DNA from: Selaginella moellendorffii
Taxonomy: Eukaryota > Plantae > Lycopodiophyta
Length of the DNA: 64,000 bases
Direction of reading: 5' to 3'
NCBI RefSeq assembly: GCF_000143415.4
Contig: NW_003314278.1
Coordinates: 2,190,408-2,254,407 of the forward strand
This document shows, in pieces, positions 27,184 to 40,865 of the stretch. The notes beneath the pieces were generated by a model that was given only the letters and a program-made list of their open reading frames with translations, was not told where the DNA came from and made no database searches. The translations under genes were made by a program, and so were the position numbers. Within the stretch, counting starts at the first letter, position 1. Each line of letters opens with the position of its first letter.

Positions 27184-27568
27184 GGCCGCGGCAGCAAGCA
27201 AATCGCAATACCCTAGTCGCTCCCCCACAAAACCCTAACAAGGGCACGCAAGAACTTTCTAGATAGGCTAGGGTAGGGTCCTTTCTTTATGCTGGTTGAG
27301 CGCAGGGTCGGCGATGGTGATCCTTCGTGAACCAAATCAAGATCACAGCGATCAAACTTACATTCCAGCTTGGAGAATGGAGAACTTCCACTCCTCTAGA
27401 TCCCAAGAGATCTTACCTTTGTTCTGGAGTAAAATGTTACATGCAAATCTAACGGTCCACAAACCTTCACTGAAGAAAAACTCGTGATGGTTTGCTCGAT
27501 CCATGGATTTCGATCCTCCACTCTTTGATCCACTCTAAGAGAAATCGCATTCTACCGCTCAATCTGGA

Positions 27569-28474
27569 TTACATGCTGCTGCTCGATCGCTTCGCCGATC
27601 GATGACGACCGGGAGGACCTGCTGGATCCTCGCTTGTGTCGGCGATCGCGATTGGTTTCTTCGTCTTTGATGGAGCCGTCGCCACCGCCGCACGGATCTT
27701 CCTCGATGCTGGGCTGCTGCGACTGCTGCGATTGCTGCGATTGCTGCGATTCGGCTGGAGGAGAGGCGGATTGGGTGGGATCGTCGGCGTCGTCATCGTC
27801 GGCGAATGCTACAGGGACGATTCGCCCGCTCTGGAGCAGCGATGTTCTACAGATTGGACACGTCGAATTGCCCGCCAGCCACTCGTCGATGCACTCGACG
27901 TGGAATGTGTGCCGACACGTTGGGAGCTGCTGGAGCTTCTCGCCGATTTGGTACTCGCCGAGACAGACCGCGCATCTGGGTCAAAGGAAAGAGTTCTTAA
28001 CACAAAAGTTCTTCCGTGAACTCCGGGAACCTTACTTTATAAGTTCCAGATAAAAGAGAGAGAGAGAGAGAGAGAGAGCGTGAGAAAAGAAAAAGAGCTT
28101 AACTGTGTATCTCCGCCACGGGTCTCCGCGAACTTGGCATCGAACACGATGGTGGGAATGTTGTCCCGGAAGGATTTGTTCAATCCATGGTCTAGCGGCT
28201 GCGTGAGATGGATCACATTTTCAATCCGGAAAACAAAAGAAAAGGAAGAAATCGAGATTTTTACCGCGGCGAAGAGACCCCTGGCGAAGAACTGCGCACG
28301 AATCTGGGACACGGCCCTGGCGTTCCTCCGGCGCTTGTAGTAGAGCAGGCAAAAGAGCAGCAGCAAAACGAGCGTGAAGAGAATGGGCGTCGCGAAGATG
28401 AAAGTCTGGTAGAGCTTGAGCTGCGAGCTCGTCCCCGCGTTGCAGCTAATGCCACACGCGGACTGGCTCGACAT
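27569..28474 (-). CDS. ATL-family RING-H2 E3 ligase, 3 exons
   Basis: N-terminal transmembrane segment ([21 protein letters not shown]), GLD-like region [12 protein letters not shown], and RING-H2 [27 protein letters not shown]. Confidence 0.92.
28055..28078. repeat. (AG)12 microsatellite in an ATL intron
   Basis: Read directly from the sequence. Confidence 0.9.
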
Positions 28475-29299
28475 GGAAGCTCTCACTTCTCTGCGAAATC
28501 TCCCCCTGTTCTTAGCTCTCCTAGAAACTACTCGCTACTCTCTACTTCGATTTCTGTCCAAGCCCATTTGGCCGAATCAATCTCCCAGAGTCTCTCCTTA
28601 CCTCGATCCAAAAGCCGTATCGCAAAAGCATCGCAAAACAACGAAGCGCACACAGGCACTCGAAGTCAACCCACGCAGCGAGATCGGAATCGAACCCCTA
28701 TCAACGAATATGCGGAAGAACCATACGCGTTCGGAATATGCCGTGCTTCTGGAATTACAAGTCACTGACTGTGTCGCCACGAGTTGCGAATTTAGGGTTG
28801 GAGGGCGAGGCCGACGAGCGGCGGTCGAGGCGAGCTCTGCTAGGTAGGGATTTTGCTGCTGCGCGTCATCGTCACAGCTTCGAGGTGCGAAATCTTCTGC
28901 TACCCCACTCGTGAGTCGTCATTTCTCGCCACTCTGTCTATTTCGTGATTGTTTGCTCGTCCTTTGCTAATCGTTTTGCCTCCTCGCGTTTGAGACAATC
29001 ATTTAGAAGCAAAAGCCCGATTGCGCGTGATGATCTTTCCTTGTTTCTCTCCTTCCATTGCTAGTGTACCGCATTTTTGCTTGTTCTTCCAACAAAACTC
29101 GTTTTGTTTATGCCCAGCGACGATCTTCTCTCTTGTTTTCCTTTTCGTACATTTCTTCTCATGGTAAAGCTGGAATCGTGATTTCTTCCTGCTACGCTTT
29201 TACTCTTTGCAAAGGTGTCCGTCCACCACCTAGAAACGCTGCGCTCTGTGTTTGGCAGGATGCACTCAAGCACACGCGGGCCAGCACCAGCAGCGGCAG

Positions 29300-29797
29300 A
29301 TGTCCCTTCGAATCAAGGCCGTGGTCGAGAACTTTGTGAGACAGCTCAAGGAGGCACTCGAGGCTGACATGCGAGACCGGATCATGAAGGAGAGAGAGAT
29401 GCAGAGCTACTTGGAGGAGAGAGAGCGCGAGGTGGCGGAGCGAGAGGCCGCGTGGAAAGCTGAACTGTCCCGACGAGAGGTAGGCCTCGCACCTCACCTT
29501 TCTATCTCTCTCGCTTCTTCTCTCTAATCGTTGGCCAGCGAGAGCTTGTCTTCCGGCCCCTCTCCTTGGTTTGTTGCAGCGAATTTTCTGTTCGCTGACA
29601 CCTGTGTCTTGTGGATTTGGCAGGCCGAGATCGCCAAACAGGAGGCCAGGCTCCGGATGGAAAGAGACAATCTCGAGAAGGAGAAGAGCGTCCTCATGGG
29701 GACTGCCTCGTCATCGGATAATCAGGATGGCGCTCTCGAGATCACTGTCAGCGGCGAGAAGTATAGGTGCCTCCGCTTCTCTAAAGCTAAGAAGTAA
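29300..29797 (+). CDS. Conserved small plant coiled-coil protein of unknown function, 2 exons
   Basis: MSLRIKAVV..EREREVAEREAAWKAELSRRE joined in phase 0 to AEIAKQE..GALEITVSGEKYRCLRFSKAKK*. Confidence 0.85.
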
Positions 29798-30207
29798 GCT
29801 CAGCTAACTTCTCGATTCGATTCTTCTTCGTTGTCTTTCTCACACTTGTCAATATGTAAACTTCGATCGAAGACCGATCTCATTTAAATACTCAGGCAAA
29901 CATCTACATTCACAAAACTTTTCTGGATCACACCCTCTCGCAGGGCCCCTCGCTACAAACCTGGGCCCAAAACTCTCTCAACAGCTCGCTACAAAACTTT
30001 CTCAGTAGCGTCACTCTCATCATCTGATATGTATAACTTAAGAACAAAAATAAAACGAAGGAAGAAAACTTATGTACCTGACTGAAACTGAAAAGCCGAG
30101 TTCCTCCGAGAGTTCTCAAGACCTCCAAACAAAACTGGCTCCCAAAATTCTTGCTTCTCTAGTCACACGCACCGATCCATTTTGATCGCTCGCTTCGCTC
30201 ACACCCA

Positions 30208-32046
30208 TCACACTTGTATCGTCGACAAATCGGCGAAGTACTCCAAGTCCATCTCGTCCTCACCGAAACCATCCCCGAGCATATCCAAGTCGAGATCCAT
30301 ACCACCAACGCCGCCACCCCGGCCACCATCATCGTCCCCATTGAAAGCCACCCCCAGCATTTGCAGGAAATCGTCGTCAAACATAGAGTCCTTGCTGCTG
30401 TTCTTGGACACCTCCACCTCGAGCTTGAAAGTGGAGCCCGAGTCCTCAGTCATGTACGACTCACTGTCCGTGGTACTACTCGTGGTCGTGGTCGAGGTCG
30501 TGGTAGTGGTCGTGGTAGTAGCCGCTCTCCGCGAGAGCGAGCGGACCAAAACGGAGCTCGGCGAGTTCGCCACCATGCTACTGCTGCTCCGGCTGAAGCA
30601 CCTCTTCCGAGTAGCCGCAGCCGGCGACCTCTCGCGCCCGCCGGTTTTGTCCGAGTTCTCGGCCACCACCATCCTCGACGACACCACCGCCCGACTTTTC
30701 TTCTTGGCTCCAGATCTCGCCACCGTCGTCGGCAACTGTTGCCGGCTCGCCTCGTCCTCATCCGCAACAGTGAGATGCGAGGAAGTACTGCAAGATCCCA
30801 CCGTCGTACCGCACGGAGACGCAGCACGAGCCTTGAACGGCGATTGCGCTTTTGACGAGCTTGGGGGCCCGGGCTTGAGCAACAAATCTTGCTCGTCATC
30901 CCCATCCTCTTCTTCTTCTTCCACCTCCTCCTCGATCTCCTGTTGCTGCTGTTCATCCTCGTCGTTATCTCCGCCATCCTCGTCCTCTTCCTCGCCTACT
31001 TCCTCGCAAGTCCCGCCAGCATACGGCGTCGAGAAGTTCATCACGCAAACGTCCTTTCTGGGAGGAGGAGGCGCAGCAGCAGCAGCGCTAGCAGCAGTGG
31101 CAGTCGTAGTAGTAGTAGCAGCACCACCACCACCAACTTTTCGCGGCGTGCCGCCAACTCTCTCCGATCGATACGTCGTGATCTCGTTGTCGCTGTTCTT
31201 GAACACCACCACCTCGCCGGGGGCGAAGTTGGTCTGCGCGTTATCGCCCCTCAAGTCCCGGGCCTTCTTGTCGTAGGCTATGGCGGCCTCCTCGGCGGTG
31301 TCATACGTGCCCAGCCACAGCCGGGTGCCTTTGAAAGGATCTCTAATCTCCGCGGCCCACTTCCCCCACGGCCTCTGGCGGACGCCGCGGTACTTGGACT
31401 GCTGGCTGCGTCCCTTGCCGGGCTTGGCGCTGGGGACGAGCTTCCGGGGCTTTCTATTCGCCACCTCGGACACCACCTCGGACTCGTTGGTCTTGCACGG
31501 CGGTATGCCGCCCGCGTCATCCTCCTCGTCCTCGTCCTCTTCCCGGCTGCTCGCCATTGGAGTCATCAACGCCTTGACGTAGCTGCTACTGCGGTACGCG
31601 CCGCCAATCTCCTCGCTCTCGCTCTCGTCCGACGAGCAGCCGCCGCCGCCGCCGCCGCCGCGAGCTTTCATGCTCTTGCGCTCGTCATCGTCGCTCGACG
31701 ACTCGGTGGCTTCCGGATCCAAGCACACGACGCGCAGCTTTCTGGGTCGATACATCCGGCTGTTCCTCCACAGGCTCTCGTGCTCATCCTCGCTCTCCAC
31801 TGTTTCCTCCACTCCGACTTGGATGAGATTCTCCTCCACCACTATCAGTTCGTCATCGCCGCCGCCGCCGCCCCTGTGCTTCTTCGCGATCGCGCACTGA
31901 GCTGCGGCTACCTCTACTTCTACCTCCTCCCACGCGTTCTTGGCGGCTCTCTTCCCCTTCTTGCTGGCTATGGCTGCGGGCGCGACCACGCCCGCCTTGA
32001 GCATGACGCTCAGTGGCCTCGATGAGCGCATCTGCGGCCCCGGCAT
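30208..32046 (-). CDS. Cytokinin response factor-type AP2/ERF transcription factor
   Basis: CRF motif [21 protein letters not shown]2 domain [32 protein letters not shown], and the SPSSVL motif. Confidence 0.92.
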   Translation of the reverse strand: MPGPQMRSSRPLSVMLKAGVVAPAAIASKKGKRAAKNAWEEVEVEVAAAQCAIAKKHRGGGGGDDELIVVEENLIQVGVEETVESEDEHESLWRNSRMYRPRKLRVVCLDPEATESSSDDDERKSMKARGGGGGGGCSSDESESEEIGGAYRSSSYVKALMTPMASSREEDEDEEDDAGGIPPCKTNESEVVSEVANRKPRKLVPSAKPGKGRSQQSKYRGVRQRPWGKWAAEIRDPFKGTRLWLGTYDTAEEAAIAYDKKARDLRGDNAQTNFAPGEVVVFKNSDNEITTYRSERVGGTPRKVGGGGAATTTTTATAASAAAAAPPPPRKDVCVMNFSTPYAGGTCEEVGEEEDEDGGDNDEDEQQQQEIEEEVEEEEEDGDDEQDLLLKPGPPSSSKAQSPFKARAASPCGTTVGSCSTSSHLTVADEDEASRQQLPTTVARSGAKKKSRAVVSSRMVVAENSDKTGGRERSPAAATRKRCFSRSSSSMVANSPSSVLVRSLSRRAATTTTTTTTSTTTTSSTTDSESYMTEDSGSTFKLEVEVSKNSSKDSMFDDDFLQMLGVAFNGDDDGGRGGGVGGMDLDLDMLGDGFGEDEMDLEYFADLSTIQV

Positions 32047-34633
32047 TGTGCTCCGCGCGATGCCCCGTGCTAGATTGCCGCTGGCACGCCGCCGCCGCTA
32101 ATGGGTCGATCGGGAGGCGTGCCTTCACTGTTAAAAAAATAGAGCATGAGAAACCAAGAACAGCGAGAAGACCGAAAAAGATCCATGCACCGCTGCGAGA
32201 GATTCGAGCGATTCATACCTCGTGAATGGCCGACTGTTGAATATGGGCGTCGATCTAAAGTCCCGGAAGGAGAGGCGCTTGGTCTTGAGGAGCTGCGGCG
32301 ACAGGAGCACCAGATCCCTTTGGCGATTCGTGTTCGTGCTCGAGAAAGAGGCCCCAAATCCTTGCTGCGAGGAGGGCGGGCACGAAGAACACAAGAAGGA
32401 AGAACGGGATGAGGAGGAAGAACCAGAGCAGCGGCCTGTGAGCACTACTGCGGACGAAGATGCGAAGGAAAGAAGAGGCATGGAGAGCCGAGAGGTGGGA
32501 TTCTCTGTGGGATTCGATGTCCAGGCCGGGCGCTCTTCGCGCGACAGAGCTCGCTACTTCAGCTATGGAGGACGCACAGAAATGCCCCGCTGTGCGATTC
32601 GCGATCTTTTCACTCTCGAGCGCCCGCTGGGTAGAAGAAACTCGCGCGAGCTCCGGCTATGGCGGCCAGCGTCCTCCTCCTCTCTCTCTCCTTCCTCCTC
32701 TCTCCTCCTCTCTCACCCGCTCCTCTCGCCTCTTTTCTTTGCTCAAAGGCTTTTGGTGTGCGCCGTAAAGAAACATGGAGAGGCGCCTATCCGACGTGTA
32801 TGATCCTTATTAGCCAGCCGCCGTACTCGAATATTCATTTCCGTACAAGTGGGGCGGCGCCACGTTTTCACCAGGTTGGACCGCGATTCTTACTTGCTTG
32901 GGTCTCAAGCCATCTGCCATGTGGCGGGCATCCAGTTGTCCGCTGCTATTTTAGGGCGCGCCTTCCCGTTTCGTTGTCCATTCTTAAGTATCCTAAAGTG
33001 GCGCGCGATTGAGCGATACCCCTGGACAAGCCGGATTAATTACCGGTTAGAAAATGAACGAACCAAATGATTCGGCCGTCAAAAAAATAAGATTCAAGAC
33101 CCGGTCAATGCCATTCTGACCGATGTCTAGTCCAACGCTTAAGACACCAAATCGGTTTTGCTTTGAACCCCATTCTCTTGTCTCCAACTCGCCGAGACAA
33201 ACGAATCAAATGTAGGCCCACAACCAAGATAGAGGGGGGAGACGTGTTCTCAACGCCTCAAACTCTCCTGCGGATTAAAACCCTAACCCTAGCAGCATCG
33301 GGTCAAAGGATTGCGATTTTCCCGCCATGCCGCAGATCCCACGTGTCCATGCTTTATTTGCTGTTGCCAGCTGTGAAGACCGGCTTTTTCCCGCCAAGAC
33401 AAGGCCGGAAATAAATATCTAGCGGACCGGAGCATACAGAGCACATGGTAAATCCATTTTTTACACCGTGCCCAAAGTATCTATCCCGGGGCGGCGCTAC
33501 CGCAGGACGCGGGGTATTCTCTTTACCCCCCACCGGGTAAGTAAAAGTAGGTGAGTTTTCCTTTGTATTTTTGTTTACTGGCAGGCAGTGCCAGGTGCTG
33601 CGGCGAGTATGGCGTCCCTGACCGTCTATACAAAAAGCTTCCCGTCTATACAACATAAAAATACGGCATCCCCCTCCTGGGAGCCATCATTCTTGTTTAC
33701 AATGCAATGCAGCGTAGAATTCCTTGTATACGCCTGTGCCGTATGCCGGGCAGGCCAACAAATAATACAAACTTGTCGTATAAAAATCGGGATTCAAAGG
33801 TGCCAAGGTTGACGAGACCTCGCGATTACGATCGCCACACATGAGTATTCAACGTCGTAGCAGACAGTAGCAGCTGGTGCCTGTCGGATTCCTGGTATAT
33901 TCACCGCGTGGGATATTCTTGTCCAGGCCTTTGACGGGCGGTCGCGGTTTCGTGATGGATGGATAGATGGATTAGAAGATAGAGCGGTGGTTCTCGTTCG
34001 TTGAATCCCCTGGACAATAGGGCCAAACGAAATTAGGGCTGGCCTCCTGGCTGGAATAAGAATGTCTGGATTTCTGCCAGGGGCGGGCATTCACTGCTCA
34101 AGTTGCCCTTCCCTTAAAAACTTCCCAAAACACGACTCGATCGAGCTTCCTCCCTGGCCACCTCGCCCGTACGCGAATACGTATGCCCCCCGTAGACGTC
34201 ACCGTCGGTGATTAACGGCCTGCGCAAGACAACAAGAGAGGGGTGGGCATCGTACCGGATAGCAATGGTGGCTCTTGTTTTGTTCGTTTCGTCGACGAGC
34301 CCTAGGGTAGAAATCTTGCGTTTTTACCGCTGGGCGGGGTAAATTTTCTCTGTTTTATGACACGAGCCCCGTGATCCAATTCACAATGGACAGGAGAAAA
34401 TTTTCGCCTTGCTCTTCAAGGAATTCACGGGCAAGGATTTTTGTCACGACACACAGGAACAAACAACATGATTCTTTCTTCCAAAGTTTCCGAGGATTCC
34501 GTGCTCGTGTAGTAACACTCCGGCACCATATTCCGTTCCGGAATGCGGCGAGCAGATGGACGGCTTGGATGTTCCCCAGTGCAACGGGAGCTCGGCACAA
34601 AAATTTAGGGCTCGTGGGTGGCTTCCTAGGGCG

Positions 34634-35494
34634 ATGAAGCGCCGGGAGGAGATGGAGCGCGGGCTGCTGTGGAAGCTACCGCTGGTGAAGTCGTCCGAGT
34701 GGGGTAAGCTCGGCCCAGCTTTCGGCGCTGGTGTGGGCTGCGGTGTCGGTGTCGGCGCTGGCATTATCGGAGGTAAGCTCGCGATTGTTTCATCGTGGTA
34801 TTTTTTTGCTCGCATTCATGTAGCATAGCGTGTTTCATGTTTTTTATTCTCCGGATCCAGCTTGCAGTGTTGGCTGGATGACTCCTTTAGTTTTCTATGG
34901 TTTGAGTCGAAGGCCAATCGATTATGCCGCATATCTGAGCTTAATTTTTCTGGATTTGTCGACTGCTTGGAGAGAAATCTTTTGTTTTCTTGTTTCGTAT
35001 GGGCTCGGTGAATTGAATGAGCTTCTTCAAAGTCAGCCTATCTTTTTCTTTTTTTTCTTTTGGAGATTGTCTCGCTCTGGGTCGTGTCATTCTGTATTAT
35101 ATCTCTTTTGTTTACGCCATTCAATACTCATTTGTGCGATCCGTGTCTGATTCTCAGGTGCCGGCTTGGGATTTGGTTTCCCGGGATTTCAATTCGGAGT
35201 GGGCTTAGGTGCCGGATGCGGCATTGGTGTCGGTTTTGGATACGGGCTTGGCAAGGGACGTGCGTACGATGAGAATGGAAGCTACAGCAACATGGGTAGA
35301 TATTCAGCAAAAAGAGCTGCTTCTAGCGGGTAAGTTTATCAAACTTCTCTTTTTTCTTTGTTTGAGAGCTCAATCTATGTCGCCTTCACTGTGACAGTGC
35401 CGAGATCCGTGCTATAGTTGACGACTTTGTGTCTGGGATGCGGCGAGCTTTGGCGAGCTGGGAGAGTGAGCTGCAAAAGAGGCGGAGGTCGTGA
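34634..35494 (+). CDS. Conserved plant glycine-rich protein, 3 exons
   Basis: GLLWKLP..GKLGPAFGAGVGCG, then GLGAGCGIGVGFGYGLGKGRAYDENGSYSN, then AEIRAIVDDF..RRRS*, joined in frame. Confidence 0.85.
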
Positions 35495-36628
35495 TCGTGC
35501 GTCGCTCGTTCGTTCCTCGTTATTCTTTCGTGGGCCTTCACTCACTCACGCAGCGGTTCGTAAATATAAAGCACGCGCAGTTTTTCCTCTCTTTTTTTTT
35601 GTTTCTTTTTTAAGCTTTGCTCTCAGCGTGCTCGCTCCCTCCGCGTCTTGTGAGACTTCAGGCAAGTTCCGTGTAGAGCCCGAGCAACAAAATGAAGACC
35701 ATCGTTTTCGCTTTCCTGCAAGGAAAACTCCTACGGCTTCCGGACAAAACTTTCTCTTGCTCAGCAATTCAGAATGTCTTCACTGTAGTTTCGACAGAAA
35801 TCACAGGTTGCAAAAGCTATTGACGTGACGCATACGTTCGGGAGTGTGTCATCTTCAGACAAAACTCTCACGGCTCTCTGTACGGTATTAGTGAGATAGC
35901 GAATGATGTGCTGCCACCAGAACTGAAATCACTACCATAAAATCTCTCTCTATCTATCTATATGCTGTTTTGATAATCTTGTGGTGCCCATCTTGAAACG
36001 TGAGTCTGATGGATGCAAGAATGCAATTTGGATTATCTTACAGTGTTCCACTTCTTGCCATCTTTGTGCTCCTTTCTCACTTGCCCTGGGGAGCTCCTTC
36101 TACCTAGGGTGTGCAATTTGTAAATTGCATAACTCTGATTGGCTGCTTGATATATAAGTTTTATATATATATATATGGATGTTCATGGAGGAAACCATAA
36201 GTTAAATTTGTAAATTGTGCAAATTAGCTACTTGATATATGAGTTTTTTATATACATAAATGACTCTTTGATAGAAGAAACCATGAGTTATAAAATATAA
36301 AGTTGCTGTAGGATATTCTTGGATGATCAATACAATTGTTTATCTTTGCAATTCAAAGCATATCAAAATAAGTATATTACATTTTAATCTATAAGCAATC
36401 AGACACAATAATTTCAAAGAAGGGTTCATTAACAGAAGTACAATTTTTTTTGTCTTAGAATACTTGGGTTTGAATAATATTATATATAACATTTTAAGAA
36501 GTTTAAAAACCTATATTTAATATTAAAGAAGTTGTAAGACCCTAGTACCCAATTACACTTAACTCTAAATCCCAAGCTGCCAAATTGACTATAGTGACCG
36601 CAGTACTATTCAAACTCAAGGATATTTA

Positions 36629-39600
36629 TATAAGTGATTAATTTTTCCATTCTACTTTAATCACTTAACCACACCTCTGACCATTTGGAAGAGTCTCATT
36701 CACCACTTTCATAAGTTTTATTCTAAATTTGGGGACTTGCTAGCCTTGAGAATGGCACCTATTCCACTCAACCTTTGTATTTGGTCCAAATGCTCTATGT
36801 GTCCGACCCCTTGACTGACACTGAAAGGTACCATCGACATATCAACCTGTTACATTAAAGCCATGCCCATTCACCTTTGTCACTAACACCACTTGCATCA
36901 TAGTCTTGTCTTTCAAAGACTAGGCCATCCATTCGGGAGTGATTGTCCTAAATCCACTCTTTAACATTTGTAGAATGCTTATAGATTTAAGTCCTATTGG
37001 TGCACTCACTACGAGACAAACACACACAACATACAGTGCTGATTCAAGCTTCACCCAGAGCTTCAGCCTCCATCTTCTCAATGTGCTCAACAACATCCTT
37101 TTGCTGATAACTCCACACCGCCTTGGGGTCCAGAGACATATCAAGAGCAGTTGGAGTGACAAGCAATTGAGGTAGCCCCTTCGTCAAGCAAAGGCAAGGC
37201 ACCAGCCTCATCAATCAACATGATTTTGGTAGCCCAGGAACTCTATAGGCAACAGCAGCAAACTGTAGCCACTCAAGCCCAAGTGAAGAAGAAGGTAGCC
37301 ACTCAGCCTACCATAGATCCCCCGGTGCCGGTTGAGAGCGAATCTCTGTTGGCATTAGGCCTAGTGACACAAAGGGTGGCTTGTAAGCTCCCCTTCAAGT
37401 CACTACTCTCTTCTCCTTCTGAGATCTCACCAATAGCTATTCCTGTTCTGGAGTCGGTTCTTCAACAATTGGTTGACACTCTCGTCACCTTTTCACTCCA
37501 AGACATATTGTGTCTTGTCCCAGGATTCGGCTAGTGTTTAGAGGAGTTTGCATAGTCAGGAACACTAGAGAGCACTCTCAAGAGGACTCCTCAAGAGGGG
37601 CACATTGTCGACATGACAAGATATGGTGGAGATCCTGGTCCATTCTTCGTCCCGGTACAGATTGGTACTTCCTCTTGTAAGATGGATGCTTTGGTTGACT
37701 CTAGTTTTGGAAGCAACATTATCTCTCTTGAAACTGCCCTTTTGGCATGGCTACAGATCATTGAGAGGTCCTCCATTGTGCTCAAAACCTTTGCCAACCA
37801 CACTATTCCTCCAGCAGGCATTTGCTGTGGTGTCAAAGTCTCAGTACAAGGTGTTATTTTTGAGGTGGATTTCCTTGTGGTTGACTACCAACATCTTGGA
37901 ACATCCTCTTTGAAGGACTTTATCATCCTTGGCCACTTATGGCAAGTCACAGCCCATTGCACTATTGACAGCGCAAAAGGCAAGATGGAAATTAGTGATG
38001 GAACCTATAGCACCACTTTTCTCAACAACCACGGTAAAGCTCTTTCTTAGCAAGCTTAGCAAGCTCTTCCTTTTTCTTTTTCTTTTTCTTCCTTTCTTTC
38101 ACTTTACTTTCGTGGCTACTTTTTTTACTTTCAGAGGGTGTTTCTCCATTGGACCGTGGCCTATGCCTTGGATTTCACGCTTAGGCTACATTGCTGTTTG
38201 TATAGAGGTTCCTCACTTGGCTCGGTCTATGTTCTAGGTTCTTTGGCCCTTCCCTTACCATTACTACACCCCACACATTCCCCTCACTCATTCCATATCA
38301 TCTACACTCACAGTTCCATCACCACTCACTTCCAGCAGCATTGCCCACACTTATCTCTAGATGCCCGTCTTGCATCTTTCATTCTTTTACCATCATTCAC
38401 ATCTCCGTTTGAGGTCATATTTACACCATAACACAGACACACATATGTGCACCAGTAGCAAATGACACCACCTCATTTGGATGTGCCATTTCCGAGATAT
38501 CCTTACGACCATTTGCCGACAACACATTAGCTTTTTTGGAGGAACCTTCTTCCAACCAAGTGAATCTGTTCACTCAAGGCACCTAGGTGGATCTTTAGGC
38601 AAGGCCACAGAAGCCAAAACCACTTTCTTCTATTCCAGCACTCAGTAGACACATGCCACCTCCTTTTACTAGCAACCCAGTGACCTCACCATCCTTTTCA
38701 GTTGATAACTTCTTCAATCCGACACGTCAGACTAGCCATCATCTCAGCGCTCCACCATATTACTCCACCATATCGGTGCTAGAGTAGGTGCAGGAGTAGG
38801 AGTGAGAGCAGGCGGTTACTGGTTATAGGTACTTGGCTACTAGTTACTAGTTCCTGGTTACTAGTTACCGGCTACTCCGAGAGGTCAGCACTTACTCTAC
38901 AGGCCAACAGTTATCAATGGCCACCTTTTCAAAGTGCCACCACCATCTTGGTGCTCCACCATATCACTCCACCATATTAGTGCTGGAGCAGGCACAGGAG
39001 TAGGAGCGAGAGCAAGTGGTTACCGATTACAGGTACCCGGCTATTGGTTACTAGTTCCTGGTCACCAGTTACCAACTACTCCGAGAGGTTAGCGCTTACT
39101 TTACGGGCCAATATTTATCAATGGCCACCTTTTTAGAGTGCCACCACCATCTCGGTGCTCCACCATATCACTCCATCTTTCATCATTTCCATATTTACCA
39201 CCCTTGGGCAACACATCCCCTCTTCTACCTCTCTTTCTTTCTCCATTTTAGCCAATCCTTAGAGCATACTGGAAGTTATCAAGAGGCTGCATTTGCATAT
39301 TACACTTTCCTAAGCCGAAATCCAGATACAGGTTAAGTTCTTTGGGTACTCACACTCTTTTTCCTCTATTTTCTTCCTCTTTTCACACTTTTTCTATACT
39401 TTTCTTCAACTTCAGAGTCTAATTTGACTATAGGGTTTCTTATTGGGTTTTCCTCCCTATCTCCAAACTTCATACCTACCTCTTTTCTTTCTTTTCCACT
39501 TTGTTTTCTAGAGTTTTTACTATTTCATGCAGCTACTAGCACTTGGCATCAGTAGCAGAGGTACACTCTACACCCTTCGAAGGGTTCTTGCACGTCTGGA

Positions 39601-40462
39601 GCCAACACAATCCACCATGGTCACATGTTAGGGCGTGGCCACCAAGAGAGTGAGAGAGAGAGAGAGGGGATATTCTGGTCCTTAGAATATTCCCCATCTT
39701 CCTTGTATAAAACCCTTGCCTCACAAGGGCAAGGGGGGGGGGCATTTGCGAAGAGCATTGAAGCATTTCTTATGTTTGAGCGAGCGTTGGGGGAGGCACC
39801 CTTCCTTCCCCCAACATCACCCCATAGCCTGTATTAGTATTCAGACTCAAACTCGAAAGGATTCAAATTCAAATGGACTCAAACTTGGACTTAGACTTGG
39901 ACTCAGTCTTGGTCTTCTGAGACGGACCCGAAATAGAAATTAAGACCAAGACCTAGACTGGGACCAAGACCAAAACATAGACCGGGACCGCTCCATCTTA
40001 GACTTCATCTCGAGTCCATCTCGGACTTCATCTCGGGTCCATCTTGGACTCCATTTTGGGTCCATCTCGGACTTCATCTCATGTCCATCTTGGACTCCAT
40101 CTCAGGTCCATCTTGGACTTTGTCTCGAGTCCATCTTGGACTCCATCTCGGATTCCATCTCAAACTTTAGCTTGGTTCCACCTCGGGTCCATCTCAAACT
40201 TCTTCTCAAACTCTTCCTTAGACTCTATCTCAACACTTCCACATGTCATATATTGGTCCTATTGTGTCCCTTTTCTAGAGACTTATTTATTGCTCGCTTC
40301 ATACTTGTTCCTTGAGCCCTTCATTAAGAGTTCCATTCCCACTCTCGACTTTTTAAGTTGAAGCTTTTAGTCTAAATGTGTTACACTTGTTTAGCTTTCG
40401 CTTCAGCCACTACCACGTGGCACCCTTTCGGCTCTTTGGGGCTTAGGGATTTGTATCTCACA
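36629..40462. mobile_element. Family A LTR whose middle is replaced by a foreign gag/protease-like fragment
   Basis: 36629-about 36990 and about 39820-40462 match the two ends of 55886-57403. The flanks are ATTTA/ACTTA, an imperfect TSD. 37613-38050 (+) encodes a retropepsin-like sequence (ALVDSSFGSNII..VDFLVV..IILG). Confidence 0.72.
38749..39177. repeat. 204-bp tandem repeat, just over two copies
   Basis: GCTCCACCATAT starts at 38749, 38953 and 39157, with colinear sequence between the starts. Confidence 0.85.
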
Positions 40463-40865
40463 ACTTAATCCCAAATATCTCAAGAGTCAATCGAGTAAAT
40501 TAGATTTGCTATATGTCAATGTCAACATATGGCATGATTCCTCAGTCAACTAACAAAATTGAACTTGAGACCACTCTAATACAAAATATATTCTGAGACC
40601 ACTCACCCAACCCAGTACTACGCAAACCCATTAATAAGCATTTATTGATTAGAAAAGAGTGTGCATTTTTATTCATAGGCACTTTCCCTCTATATTTAAA
40701 CCCATATAGATTATTTCTTGAGTTATTCTCTTTGGTTACTTATAGAGGTTTGACATCTATTAGTTCTGTTAAAGAGGTTTTAGATTCAACTTTATTAGTT
40801 AAAAGAATCACACTATATATTGAAATTGATATCTAGTGGTTTTATTAGAAAGATAGGTATGGTAG

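Noticed and set aside
30182-32025. Long plus-strand ORFs (364 and 378 aa)
   Set aside because: These are antisense shadows of the GC-rich, low-complexity CRF gene and have no domain of their own.
32131-32481. Conserved-peptide uORF upstream of the CRF gene
   Set aside because: A Ser-rich uORF is possible, but I could not match the MRLRPKR-type peptide known from CRF-group leaders.
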